From Chiloscyllium plagiosum (taxonomy: Eukaryota), in assembly GCF_004010195.1 (NCBI RefSeq), contig NC_057719.1:8455604-8519603 (forward strand): a stretch of 64,000 bases of DNA. Direction: 5' to 3'. Of the stretch, positions 51,428-63,037 are shown one piece after another; the stretch's first letter is position 1; each line of letters opens with the position of its first letter. A model generated the notes under the pieces. The model searched no databases and was not told the origin of the DNA. It saw only the letters and a list, made by a program, of their open reading frames with translations. The position numbers and the translations under genes were made by a program.

Positions 51428-52363
51428 AAATAGAGATGTTAGATGGTAGTGTATTGATAATGCCATTAGCTCGTAATTTAGAGCCCAGCTTTTATCCTTG
51501 GGAAGGGGGCGAGTTCAATTTTCACCAAGGCAGCTGGAGTTATTTAAGTTAAAAATAAAAGAGAATCAGAAATTAAAAGTTTACATTTAATGGTGATCTC
51601 ACTGAACTCTTCAAAATATTGACAAGGTAGATACAGATGAATTATTTCCACTGATTGAGAGTCTAGAACCACGGAGCATAGTCTGAGAATTAGGGTCAGA
51701 GCATTCAGGAGAGATGTTAGGAAGCACTTCCACACACAAAGGTGGGAGAGGTTTGGAACTCTCCTCCACAAACAGAAGTGGATGTTGGCGGAAGAGACGT
51801 CAGTTTTTTTTTAATAATTATCCAATATCGTTTTCCAAATTTGCAACGTTTGATCTCCTAATTTCCTTTACCGAGGGATAATTCCTTCTCAAGATACAAA
51901 AATCTTTTCAAGCACTGACTCACCTGCTGTGTATTTCGCTTGACAGAACCCCAGAGGTGTTCTTCACTTGAACGCTGGGAGATGAAAAGGCTGGGTGGTG
52001 ACTGGGGGAGTCCGGTTAGCTTGGATGGCTGGTTTAGAATGCAGAGTTGGTGCCAACAGCACAGGTTCCATTCCCATACCCTACTGATGGGTCCTGCCTT
52101 CTCAGCCTCACCCTTCACCTGAGACAATGTGACACTTCTCTGTCTCAAATGTGATTGCAACCTGTGGTCCTTTGGGATGAGTACATTTTACCTTTAGAAG
52201 GGAAGTCCAAGCTGGACCTATTCATTTGTACAAAGGAAAATGAATGAGCTCCCATAGAGATAAGTCATATAAGGACAGCAAGTTGTCACATCTCTTGAGA
52301 AAGGTAAGGGCTTGATGGCGATTTTGAGCAATACTGGTTCATCAGAATATGACTAAGACTTAT

Positions 52364-52685
52364 GGGCGGCACGGTGGCACAGTGGTTAGCACTGCTGCCT
52401 CGCAGCGCCAGAGACCCGGGTTCAATTCCCGCCTCAGGCGACTGACTGTGTGGAGTTTGCACGTTCTCCCCGTGTCTGCGTGGGTTTCCTCCGGGTGCTC
52501 CGGTTTCCTCCCACAATCCAAAGATGTGCAGGTCAGGTGAATTGGCCTTGCTAAATTGCCTGTAGTGTTAGGTAAGGGGTAAATGTAGGGTTATGGGTGG
52601 GTTGCGCTTCGGCAGGTCGGTGTGGACTTGTTGGGCCGAAGGGCCTGTTTCCACACCGTAATCTAATCTAATCTAATCTAATCTA
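52364..52685 (+). mobile_element. Young full-length HE1-type SINE
   Basis: A-box tggcacagtgg, B-box ggttcaattcc, CpG-rich, (taatc)n tail; ctaagact at 52353-52360 and 52683-52690. Confidence 0.95.
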
Positions 52686-55600
52686 AGACTCAAACATTTA
52701 AGTTAGGAGGATAGATTACACAGAATACACTGATATATTCTGGAGCATGAATATGAATGATCACCTCACTGAGGTGCTGAACATCATGAAAGGATTCGAT
52801 CAGGAGGAACTACTATCTCTGTGGAGGTGAATCTAGAACAAAGATGTATTAAGATAACAAATTGGGCCGGCCCAGGATAATGTCAGGTAACTGCAGCGGT
52901 TCAAGAAAGCAGCTCACCACCACCTCCTTCATGGCAACTAGGGATGAGCGATAAATACTAATCCAGCCCACATTCTGTGAACAAATTTTTTTTAAAAAGT
53001 GTGTTCTTCATAAGCAGGGAGAGGAAATAAGAAACTTTGCTTCTCCAAAATGCTGAGATGGGGACCAAATTGAAGGTTTCCAAAGTAAGTTTGCTATGTT
53101 TTAACCAGGAATGGGCGTAAACGATTACAGAACTGAATTACCCAGATGGAGCGAGTTTACCCGAGCAGTGCTGATTTAATTCGCTAACCTGAAGAGATTT
53201 GAATGGGCTCTTCCTGTTGCTGTGGTGAAGAAAGAGTTTGAGCCCAATCAAAAAGGAGAGGGTTCATTGGGCTTAAAGATCTTTTATTACAACACTGCAC
53301 TGTGATTTTAAAAATTAGAATTAGGATTAAGATTTTATTGCCACATGTACTCCTAATTTATACTATGATGAACTATAATGTAGAACATGTGGCTTTTTTC
53401 TTTAGTTTAGTCCCTAATCTATTTTAGTATCCAAGATTTGTATCTAGTTACTTTGTACCTAAGATGGTACCACATGTTGGCGACATTGTACACTTTTCAC
53501 TGTACTCCTATACTTGAGTACATGACAATAGGCCTAATTCCCGTTCTAAAGTGTTTCTTTAATGGTGAGCAGTGATGGTGCTGATGGAGGTAGAACCTTG
53601 GCCAAAAACCAAACCATAGGAAGTAGGGGTGACCTCTTTCACTGGGAGATTTGCAATTTTTCCTCCTTTTCAGAAACATTCCCGAAACACTTCAGCCCGA
53701 TTACATTAGAAGCGACGTCGAAGTTCATCCAGCAGCACGGGCCACGGTGTGAGTGTGAGAGGTTTGAGTCCAGGAACTTCATTCACCATCTCATGTTCCT
53801 TGAGATGATGCTGCTCTAAATCTGCCAGCTCCCCTGCATTGTCGAGCAATTATCTTCAGGGACACTGCTTTGAGTAATCCTGCAGAAAAATCCCTGGGGC
53901 ATTAAAAAACAACTTCGACAGTAACTTTTTGCATACTTTTGGTCTTTTGCTGTGAAGGGTACCAGACCTTGAAATTCAAAGTCCTGTGTAGTGGCCAACC
54001 AAGAATTATTGATTTGGAAAATGAGAAGTGCTTTCGCTTCTTGATTGGCTGTGGGGAGGTGATTTGATGTGGGGATTAACGGCAGAAGAGTGAGAATGGG
54101 ATAGTCCGAGGCTGGGCGCCATGCGATGGTACCTTCAGATGCAGACTGAGCTGTGACTCAGTTGGTGGTGGTCTTGCCCGATTCTGAGCCTTGAGGGCTC
54201 AAATTCTACTCGAGGCAAAACTCAAAGCTGATGTTCAAGATTTTTGGAATACTGTGTGCAATTCTTGTCTCCCTAGGAAGGATGTGGTGAAACTTGAAAG
54301 GTTTGAGGAAAGGTTTAGAAGGATGTTGCCAGGGTTGAAGGGTTTGAGCTACAGGGAGACGCTGAATAGGCTGGGGCTGTTTTCCCTGGAACGTCAGAGG
54401 CTGAAGGGTGACCTTACAGAAATTTATAAAATCATGAGGAGCCGGAAAGGGTAAATCAACAAGATCTTTTCCCTGGGGTGGAGGAGTCAAAAACTTGAGG
54501 GCATAGGTTTAAAGCGAGAGGGGAAAGATTTAAAAGGGACCTAAGGGGTAACTTTCATGCACAGAGGGTGGTGTGTGTATGGAATGAGATGCTAAAGGAG
54601 GTGGTGAAGATGGGTACAATTACAACATTTAAAAGGCATCTAGATGGGTACATGAATAGGAAGGCTTTAGAGGGACATGTGCCAAATGCTGGCAAATGGG
54701 ACTAAATTAATTTAGGATATCTGGTAGGCATAAACGAGTTGGACCAAAGGGTCTACTTCCATGCTGTACATCTCTATGACTAGGATCCAAAGGTATAGTC
54801 TCAGAGTGAAGGGACAGCCATTTATAGAGTCATAGTCATAGAGGTGTACAGCATGGAAACAGACCCTTCGGTCCAACCCATCCATGCTGACCAGATGACC
54901 TAACCCAATCTAGTCCTACCTGCCAGCACCCGGTCCATATCCCTCCAAACCCTTCCTATTCATATACCCATCCAAATGCCTCTTAAATGTTGCAATTGTA
55001 CCAGCCTCCACCACTTCCTCTGGCAGCTCATTCCATACACACACCACCCTCTGTGCGAAAAAGTTGCCCATTAGGTCTCTTTTATATCCTTCCCCTCTCA
55101 TCCTAAACCTATGCCCTCTAGTTCTGGACTCCCCGACCCCAGGGAAAAGACTTCGTCTATTCACCCTATCCATGCCCCTCATAATTTTATAAACCTCTAT
55201 AAGGTCACCCCTCAGCATTTAGAGCTAAGATGGAGGAGAATTTCTTCAGCCAGAGAGTGGCGACTCTGTGGGACTCATTGCCACAGAGGGCTGTGGAGGC
55301 CAACTCATTGAGCATCTTTAAGAGAGAGATGGTTAGGTTCTTTATTAGTGAGGGGATCAAGAGTTATAGGGAGAAGGCAGAAGAATGGGGTTTGGAAACA
55401 TATTAGTTATGATCGAATGTTGGAGCAGACTCAATGGGCTGAATGACCTAATCGTGCTCCTGCATCTTATGGCCATATAGTGTTATAATTCCCAGCACTA
55501 GGTGTCCTCTGGTTCAAATGTGAAACATCCCAATAGGGTGAGACTGAACAGGCTGGGGCTGTTTTCCTTGGAGCGTCGGAGGCTGAGGGGTGACCTTATA

Positions 55601-56136
55601 GAGGTTTATAAAATCATGAGGGGCATGGATAGGGTAAATAGACAAGGTCTTTTCCCTGGGGTGGGGGAGTCCAGAAGTAGAGGGATTAGGTTTAGGGTGA
55701 GAGGGAAAAGATTTGAAAGGGACATAATGGGCAATGTTTTCATGCAGAGGGTGGTGCATGTGTGGAATGAGCTGCCAGAGGAGGTGGTGGAGGCCTGTTA
55801 CCAAGAGAAATCACCCTCAACGCGGCGCCTCAGTGATTTCCCACGGACTTTGTAGGGTTTATCATGAATACCTTTGATCTTTCATTGTAAAATATATCCT
55901 CAGCCTCAGCTGGTGCATTAAGAGCAGTAGAGTTTAGCTTGAGTTTGTGGTTTCCTATTGGTTGTTGTGTCCCTTTTATATCTTGCCCTCTCACCCTAAA
56001 CCTATGCCCTCTACTATTGGTCCCACAACCAACATTGTTAACACCAGATCAAAGCAAAATCCTGCAGAGTCTGGAAGTCTGAAGCAATAACAGAGAAACT
56101 CAGCAGATCTGGCAGCATCTGCAGGGAGAGAGACAG

Positions 56137-56174
56137 AGTTAATGTTTCGGGTCCAGTGACCCTTCTTCAGAACT
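56137..56174 (-). ncRNA. Minimal type-I hammerhead ribozyme motif (family C)
   Basis: Minus strand AGUU-CUGAAGA-A-GGGUC(ACUG)GACCC-GAAAC-AUU-AACU; stem I AGUU/AACU, 5-bp stem II; lies in palindromic element ~56045-56245. Confidence 0.65.
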
Positions 56175-57278
56175 GTTCAGAACTCAAGTTCTGCTGAATG
56201 GTCACTGGACTCAAAATATTAATTCGGTTTCTTTCCTCACAGATTATTCTGGCTGGTCACTGAACAGTCTTTAATTTCTGAGGCTGATATACTTTACAAT
56301 GAAAGACTGAAGGTATTTGTGATAAGCCCTACAAAGTCCATGGGCAATCACACCATGCCTGAGGACTGCGTTGAGGGTGGTTTCTCTTGGTAACAGGCAA
56401 TGGCCCAATCAGCTGGATCTCACCGCCCGAGCTCTTTCTGAAGCAGATCCTCTCTAACTCCATGCTCATTTCTTCCAATGCTCTGCCCCTCTTCCATGGT
56501 TACATTCAAGTCAGGCTGTCCGACGAGACGGAGCACTGTGTCCATCAAAGTTCTCACAGCCTTTAGAAAGTGAGGTGGGTACTGTGGGGGAAACAGTGCT
56601 TTATTACCCCCTCATTCTGCTCTTCCTACCTCCCGCTCACTTTTGATGGTTCGCATTGCCCATATTTAATTGGCTTACATGGGCAGTTTTACTGGGGGGG
56701 CGGTTAATAGTTTAAAAAAAAGTCATGATGATTTGTTGGTGGGAAAGTCATCCCATTGTGTGCGACAACATTTCCGGATATTAAAGAAAAGTAAATCAGA
56801 CCTCTGAGGGCTTTGTGATGCAATGGCAATGTCCCTACTCTTCAGCCAGGAGGCCTGGCTTCAAGTCCCACCTACTCCAGTGGTGTGTAACAAAATATCT
56901 AAACAGTTTGGTTAGGAAATAGTATAAAACAGACCCTGAGGGATTCTTGTGGTGTAGTGGCAATGCCTGTACCTCTGGGCTGTGGAGGCCTGAGTTCAAG
57001 TCTCACCTGCTCCAGGAGTGTGTCATAACAGGTTAATTAGTGGACCCCAAATGGCTACACAGACATTTTACTGGTGGAGGTTGATATGTTAAAAACAAAG
57101 TAAACATCACAGTGAATTGGTCGTGGAAGCTAGTCAGTTGTATGTAAGATTACTTCCAGAGGTAAAACATAAAGCAGACCCAGCTCCATTTTGGTTTAGC
57201 CCCTCCCTGCTCTCCCTACCCTGCCCTCAATTTAAATGGGTTGAATTGCTTGACACAGACTTTGAATGTGAAAACCTG

Positions 57279-57497
57279 TAGTCAGTTCTTCTATAACATG
57301 ATAGTTCTGTTCTCGTGCAATCCCGTGTTATAAGAAAATCGCTTAATAGCAATGCCATTTCAACTAATGGGGCCAAAATCGCATTATAACCAATACACAC
57401 TTTAACAGTTCACACTTTAAAAACAGTGTCCCCAATTCATCAAGTGTGTTATAATGAAATAGTGTTAACGAAACGCATGTTATAGCAGAATGACCTG
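57279..57497. mobile_element. Tigger/pogo-like MITE
   Basis: agtcagttcttctataacatg ... catgttatagcagaatgacctg-ta; homologous to 492-709. Confidence 0.7.
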
Positions 57498-58711
57498 TAA
57501 TTGGCGACACTGATGTTTTACTGGTGGTGGTTAATAGCTACAAAAAAGTCATGGTGATTTGGTGATGGGGAAAAGATGTGTATAAAAGCACATCTGGGTA
57601 TGAAAAAGAAGGAAGAGTGGCAATGTGCATACCTCTCGACAAGTCCCACCTGCTCCAGTAGTGTGTAATAATAGCTCTGAACAGGTTGGTTAGTAAATTA
57701 TACAAAGCAGATGCAGTTCCCTCACATTCAATGCTTTGCATTGCCTGTAATGGGTGTTGCATTTAAATTATTCACTTGGAAACGTGGAATAATGCTGGTG
57801 GTGCTCAATAGAAGAAAGAAAAAAAAACACAGTGATTTGGTGATGGGGGAAAAAAAACGTTCAGTTGTACATAAGAGCTCTTCTGGACAAAAAAGGAGAC
57901 CAGATTCAGGGACGGGTCTGTCTATTCCAGGTGGGGATTAGCCTATGCACACCATGAATAGAGGTCCTATTTTGGTGTTCAACAATAAATGATGTTTTTT
58001 ATCATTCTGACTTTCTGACTTATTAGAGTATTCAAAACAAACTGGATCCGAAATGTTAACTGTTTCTCTCTCCACAGATGCCACCAGATGTGCTGAGTTT
58101 CTCCAGTATTATTTGTTTTATTTTTGTATCCTTAGAAGCAGATTATCCAGTCATTATCACACAGGTGTTCAGGGGTGGATGTAGATTGGTTGCAGCATTT
58201 CCTACATGATAACCGTCATGTGTCCTGGGACATGTTATGCTTGTGAAAGGCAAATCTTCTTTTGGCAAGCCAGCATTACGCAATCACATTAAATATTTTG
58301 TTTTGTCAGCAACTCTGCTGGTCTCTCACTTCTTTTAGCTGAGGTTAGCACCCTATATTCAAAGGGCAGGCAGTGTGAAACCCACTTCAGCTTGACCAGC
58401 CCAGCAATACTGTGTGATCTTTCCAGTATTTGAGTTTCTACTGTAGTCCTGGTCGCCCTGTTATATTAAACTGGAGATGGTTCAGAAGAGATTTACCAGG
58501 ATGTTGCAGAGAATGGAGGTATAAAAATAGACTGGATAGGCTGGGGCTTTTTTCACTGCAGCATAGGAGATTTAGAGGTGACCTTACGGAGGTTTATAAA
58601 ATCATAAAGGGTATAGATAAGGTGGATGACAAGGCTCTTTTCCCTAGGGTGGAGGAGTTCAAAACTAGGGGGCTTAATTGTAAGGTGAGAGGAGAAAGAT
58701 TTAAAAAGGAC

Positions 58712-59026
58712 AGATTAGATTAGATTACAATGTGGAAACAGGCTCTACGGCCCAACAAGTCCACACCGACCCACTGAAGCGCAACCCATCCATACCTCTA
58801 CCCCTACATTTACTCCTTACCTAACACTACAGGCAATTTAGCATGGCCAATTCACCTGACCTGCACATCTTTGGACTGTGGGAGGAAATCGGAGCACCCG
58901 GAGGAAACCCACGCAGATATGGGGAGAACGTGCAAACTCCACACAGTGGAGCCTGAGGTGGGAATTGAACCCGGGTCTCTGGCGCTGTGAGGCAGCAGTG
59001 CTAACCACTGTGTCACTGTGCCGCCC
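58712..59026 (-). mobile_element. Young full-length HE1-type SINE inserted into a CR1 fragment
   Basis: (agatt)n tail at 58712, head gggcggc at 59026; another HE1 at ~59208-59470 in the same CR1. Further HE1 copies at ~11890-12190(-) and ~47385-47727(-). Confidence 0.93.
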
Positions 59027-59844
59027 ACGAATATAAACAGAAATACAGCAGGGATCGAAACAGCATTTTAGCGAGCTGCATCGTTGGACTTGATCAGCAG
59101 AAATGGCAGCGGTGGGACCTCAGGGAAAATGTTTTTATACAGAGAGTGATTTATGTGTGGAATGAACTTCCAGAGGAAGCGATAGATGCAGGTGCAGTTA
59201 CAATAATAAAATCCCTACAGTGTGGAAACTGACCCTCCAAAGAGACACCCACCCACACCCATTCCCCTGACTCATGCACCTATCACTCTGGGCAATTTAG
59301 CGTGGCCAATTCACCCTAACCTGCACATCTTTGAACTGTGGGAGGAAACCCACACAGCCATAGGGAGAACATGCAAACTCTACACAGAGAGTCACCTGAG
59401 GCTGGAATCAAACCCAGGTCCCTGGTGCTGTGAGGCAACAGTGCTAATCACTGTGCCACCATCCCGCCCCAACGTTCGAAAGAAATTTGGATAAGTTCAT
59501 GAATAGGAAATGTTTGGAGGGATATGGACCAAATGCAGGGAGGTGGGACTAGTTTAGTTTGGGAAACCTGATTGACATGGACTAGTTGGACCAAGGGGTC
59601 TGTTTCTGTGCTGTATGACTCTATGATTCCCCTGCCCCAGTCGCTGTCATCCACCACTTTTTTGCCTATGATTTTGTAGCTAAGTGCCCAATGATGCTCA
59701 GCTTGTGTTGCCACTGTAGAGATCGCCAATGATTATAGGGGAGGAAGGGAATAAAGAACGTTTGATTGGTAATGTTTTGCCAGAAGAGGTTCTGAATGTT
59801 GAAAAACAGCTTCTGACTCCAGAGGAAAAGGTAGATCAACATTC

Positions 59845-62114
59845 ATCAGCTTTGAGAAGAACATTTTATTGCTAAGCATATTGTTTATATAACAGAAATA
59901 CAACAAAAGCAAAGAAGATGAGAGATGTATGAAGAAACATCACATTAACTCAAAAAACCCAATCAAAATTTTCACATTGATGTGGAACAAAAATAATATA
60001 AAATATGATATAAAGCCCACATACAGATTTTCCAAGTCCAGGTTTTCACGGTAAAAAAGAGTGAAGTAAATACCAAGAAGCAAATCCACAGCACAATCGT
60101 TAACAATAGACATTGAGGTATAAATATTTTTGTGTTTCTTTTATATATTTATTAAGTTGACCAACAAGTGCTTGGATACCCTACAGAACTCACCCGCACT
60201 TTGTGTGAAAGTAGAGTCGCACTCGACAAACAATGTATAGCAAAAGAAACCCCAGGTGGATCGAGAATGCTAACCATGTATTTAATGATGACCACTGTTT
60301 CTAAAGAGAAAATATTCATGCGACTTAGAAATACTAGCGAAGGTGGGGAGGGGGCGGGGAGAGAGACAGAGAGGGAGACAGAGCAGAAATTCTATACCTA
60401 GATGATAACAATTGTGTCAGCTTCTTTACAAAATAAAAAAAAAACATTACACCTTTGCACCAGGGTTCTCATCTAAACCACATTCACCCTCAGGTCTCCA
60501 CGGGAAAGTTATTGCAAAAAAAAACTTTGCAAAAGTTTGGAGCTATACAAATACCCAAAAAGTTTAAACTGAAAATGTATGTACAACAGTTCTAACTACA
60601 AAGTACACAGCTATATAATAATGTAATAAAATTATGTAAACAAATTGTGTTTTTATTCCTTGACACAGTTGTGATGATTTGAATGATTTGAAAATGCATA
60701 CCTTTCAGGTTTGTATTTTTTTAAATATATATTTATATATAATTAGGATGAATGCTTGAGTGACCTTAAACAGCATTTCCCCTTGAAATCCAGTAAAAGT
60801 GATGACAGAGAGAAGGAGAGAGAGAGAGAGACAGACAGACAGATAAAGCACACATTAACCAAACTAAATCAATAAAATTAAAACTCATCATGTTACGTTT
60901 GGCCAGCGAACATACTTCTTTCTCATCAAAACTGAACACCATATTGTATATGATGTGGTTAATTTTATTTTTTCTTTTGAATGTGCATGCACCACAGTCA
61001 TTTACTGAAACTCAGAACCACAGCTATGGTTTTTAATTAGCTGTTTTCTAACTAGCACAGTCTAAGAGTAATATGTTGTACAATTAACAGCTCTTAAACA
61101 GCAAGGTGGTCACCTCAGTTGAAGATTGGCACAGACCTGTTTGATCTGTGTATGTCTCCCGCTTTTGTCTCTGTTCTTCATCTGTCTCTTGTTTGTTCAA
61201 TGTTCATATACCTAAGTACAACTTTTATTGCGGACAGCAAATCATAAGGAGGACACCACAATTTGAGATGTAGAAACGATACAAAGTTGAACGGCCAAAA
61301 GTCCCGTTTTCCAAGAGGAGGAGGAGGCAATAGAGGGAGTGGGGCTGGTGGGGGAGGCTTGGGGGGGGAGACAGAATCTGACCGTAGACATACACGCACA
61401 CACGCGCACACACACACACATACACACAGCCAACAATCCCCACATCTCCCCTCTTTCCCAACCTCCACCTCCACCCCCCCAAACCCACACATAACTCCAT
61501 CTCTCCCAAGGTCCACATAATTAGCTGGTCACTATCTACACATAGGTCGCAATTACATGCTCCACACGGCAAAGAGCAAGAAAAGGTGTTTTTTTTTCAA
61601 AATAAAAAGACAAAATTCAGTACACAGCTTTTACAACCAGATCAAAAGAAGAATCTCGAGAAAATGTGAAATGTCACAAAGTCTTAACAGTCGCATCCAG
61701 GATTAAAAACCGAGGAGGCCGTGGATGTATTCTCTAGCTGGAGGTTCATTCACCAGAATACAACACTCTGCTCTCTGTGACAGCTCCGTGTGTGTGCATG
61801 TGTGTGTCTGTGTGTGTTTATTGTCTTAAAGCAGGTACAGCATCACTCTGCAAGTTCATTGTCTTTTTGTTTGACACAGTGCATATCCAAGTTGTATTTG
61901 GAGTTTGTACTTTCATTTCCCCAAAAGAGTTTATCTTTTCATTTATTGTGTGTTTAAAATCTAAGTTGAGTGGCAGATTTGCACTGTCAGAATTCACATA
62001 TATATATATATATTTCTGTATAATATATATTTTTGATTGTGTCTCCTTTTTTGTGTCATATTGTTGTTCAATTCTCCTTCCCCTCTTTTGTTAGTTTGTT
62101 TTCTTTTGTCCGCT
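59845..62114 (-). other. NRXN3: NRXN3 3'UTR (probable extent)
   Basis: AT-rich, interspersed-repeat-free sequence after the stop codon, ending near an AATAAA at 59865-59870 followed by U/GU-rich sequence; dense TE content resumes at about 59630. 3' end is inferred. Confidence 0.65.
59865..59870 (-). promoter_or_regulatory. Candidate distal polyadenylation signal of NRXN3
   Basis: Plus-strand tttatt = AATAAA on minus; downstream on minus lies tgttcttctcaaagctgatgaatgttgatctaccttttcct (U/GU-rich). Other AATAAA at 60652-60657, 60964-60969, 61224-61229. Confidence 0.5.
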
Positions 62115-63037
62115 CTACACATAATACTCTTTATCCTTGTTTTTGTGCTTCTTACTGCTGCCTTTAGCGCTCTGCTGTTTCTCCTTGACAACAGAGCCGT
62201 TGGTCTGTGCGGAGTTGCTGATATAATTGCGAGTCTCGTCCACCCGGTAGGAGCCTTCATCTCTGTTGCGGTACTTGTACATGGCATAGAGGAGGATCAG
62301 GATGCAGAGAGCTGCTGCCGCCACAATCCCCACCACCATCCCGGTCGTGCTGCTGGATTCCCGCACCACCTCTGAGGCCCCAGGGCCCCGGCGCACTCCC
62401 GGCTCCGTGGGGTTGGCTGTGGGTACATTACGGAACATGGGTGAGGTGACTAGGGGACTCTTCAGCTTTGTACTGTCTACCTCGTACGCGGTGGGCAGGG
62501 GAACCAACACCAAGCCGGGGTAGGGCTTCTGCTCACGCGTGTTCAACTTGCCCGCGGGCACTTTGGGCAACTTTCCGGGTGGCGCGGAGACTGCGGAACT
62601 GAGCAGCTCAGGGGGAGAGGCCGTGGTAGCAGTCCTACCGGATTCAGACGCTTTGCTAGGTCTAAAGTCCTTGTACTCCCACTTGGGTGCGTGCGCTTTG
62701 TAGCCACCTTCAAAGGCCGATGTGGACAAGGTCTTATCTGTTACCAAGGACAAGGTGGTGTGAAAATCTTCATCATCAGTAGGGGGTAGATTAGAGTCAA
62801 GTGCCTCCCCTGAGCCATAACCAGATATCACCAAGCCAGCATCACAATCACCGTGGTCCTGCTCCGACAGGCAAGGTAACCCCACCTCAGGGATCATGGA
62901 CAGGGAATCTTTGGTGTTCTCAATAATGGTGAGAAGGGGACGGAAGGTAGGGAGGAGGGAGATGAAGGGTGCACGAGTGGCGAGAGGAGGGATTGCTAAG
63001 GCCTCTTCTGTCACTACAGGGAAAACTAATTCACCTC
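62115..63037 (-). CDS. NRXN3: Neurexin-3 terminal coding exon (longest splice-site-5 form): stalk insert, transmembrane helix, cytoplasmic tail with PDZ-binding motif
   Basis: Minus-strand frame reads GGELVFPVV...GYGSGE...[12 protein letters not shown]...[81 protein letters not shown]...[12 protein letters not shown] (stop 62115-62117). TM and EYYV tail are neurexin hallmarks; the [10 protein letters not shown] / ANPTEPG / VDETRNY segments match paralog NRXN3 from memory. Acceptor cttctttctccttcaatcctag|GA at 63037, phase 1. Confidence 0.95.

Noticed and set aside
52364..52440. Functional tRNA gene
   Set aside because: A/B boxes run straight into HE1 body and tail; it is a SINE head.
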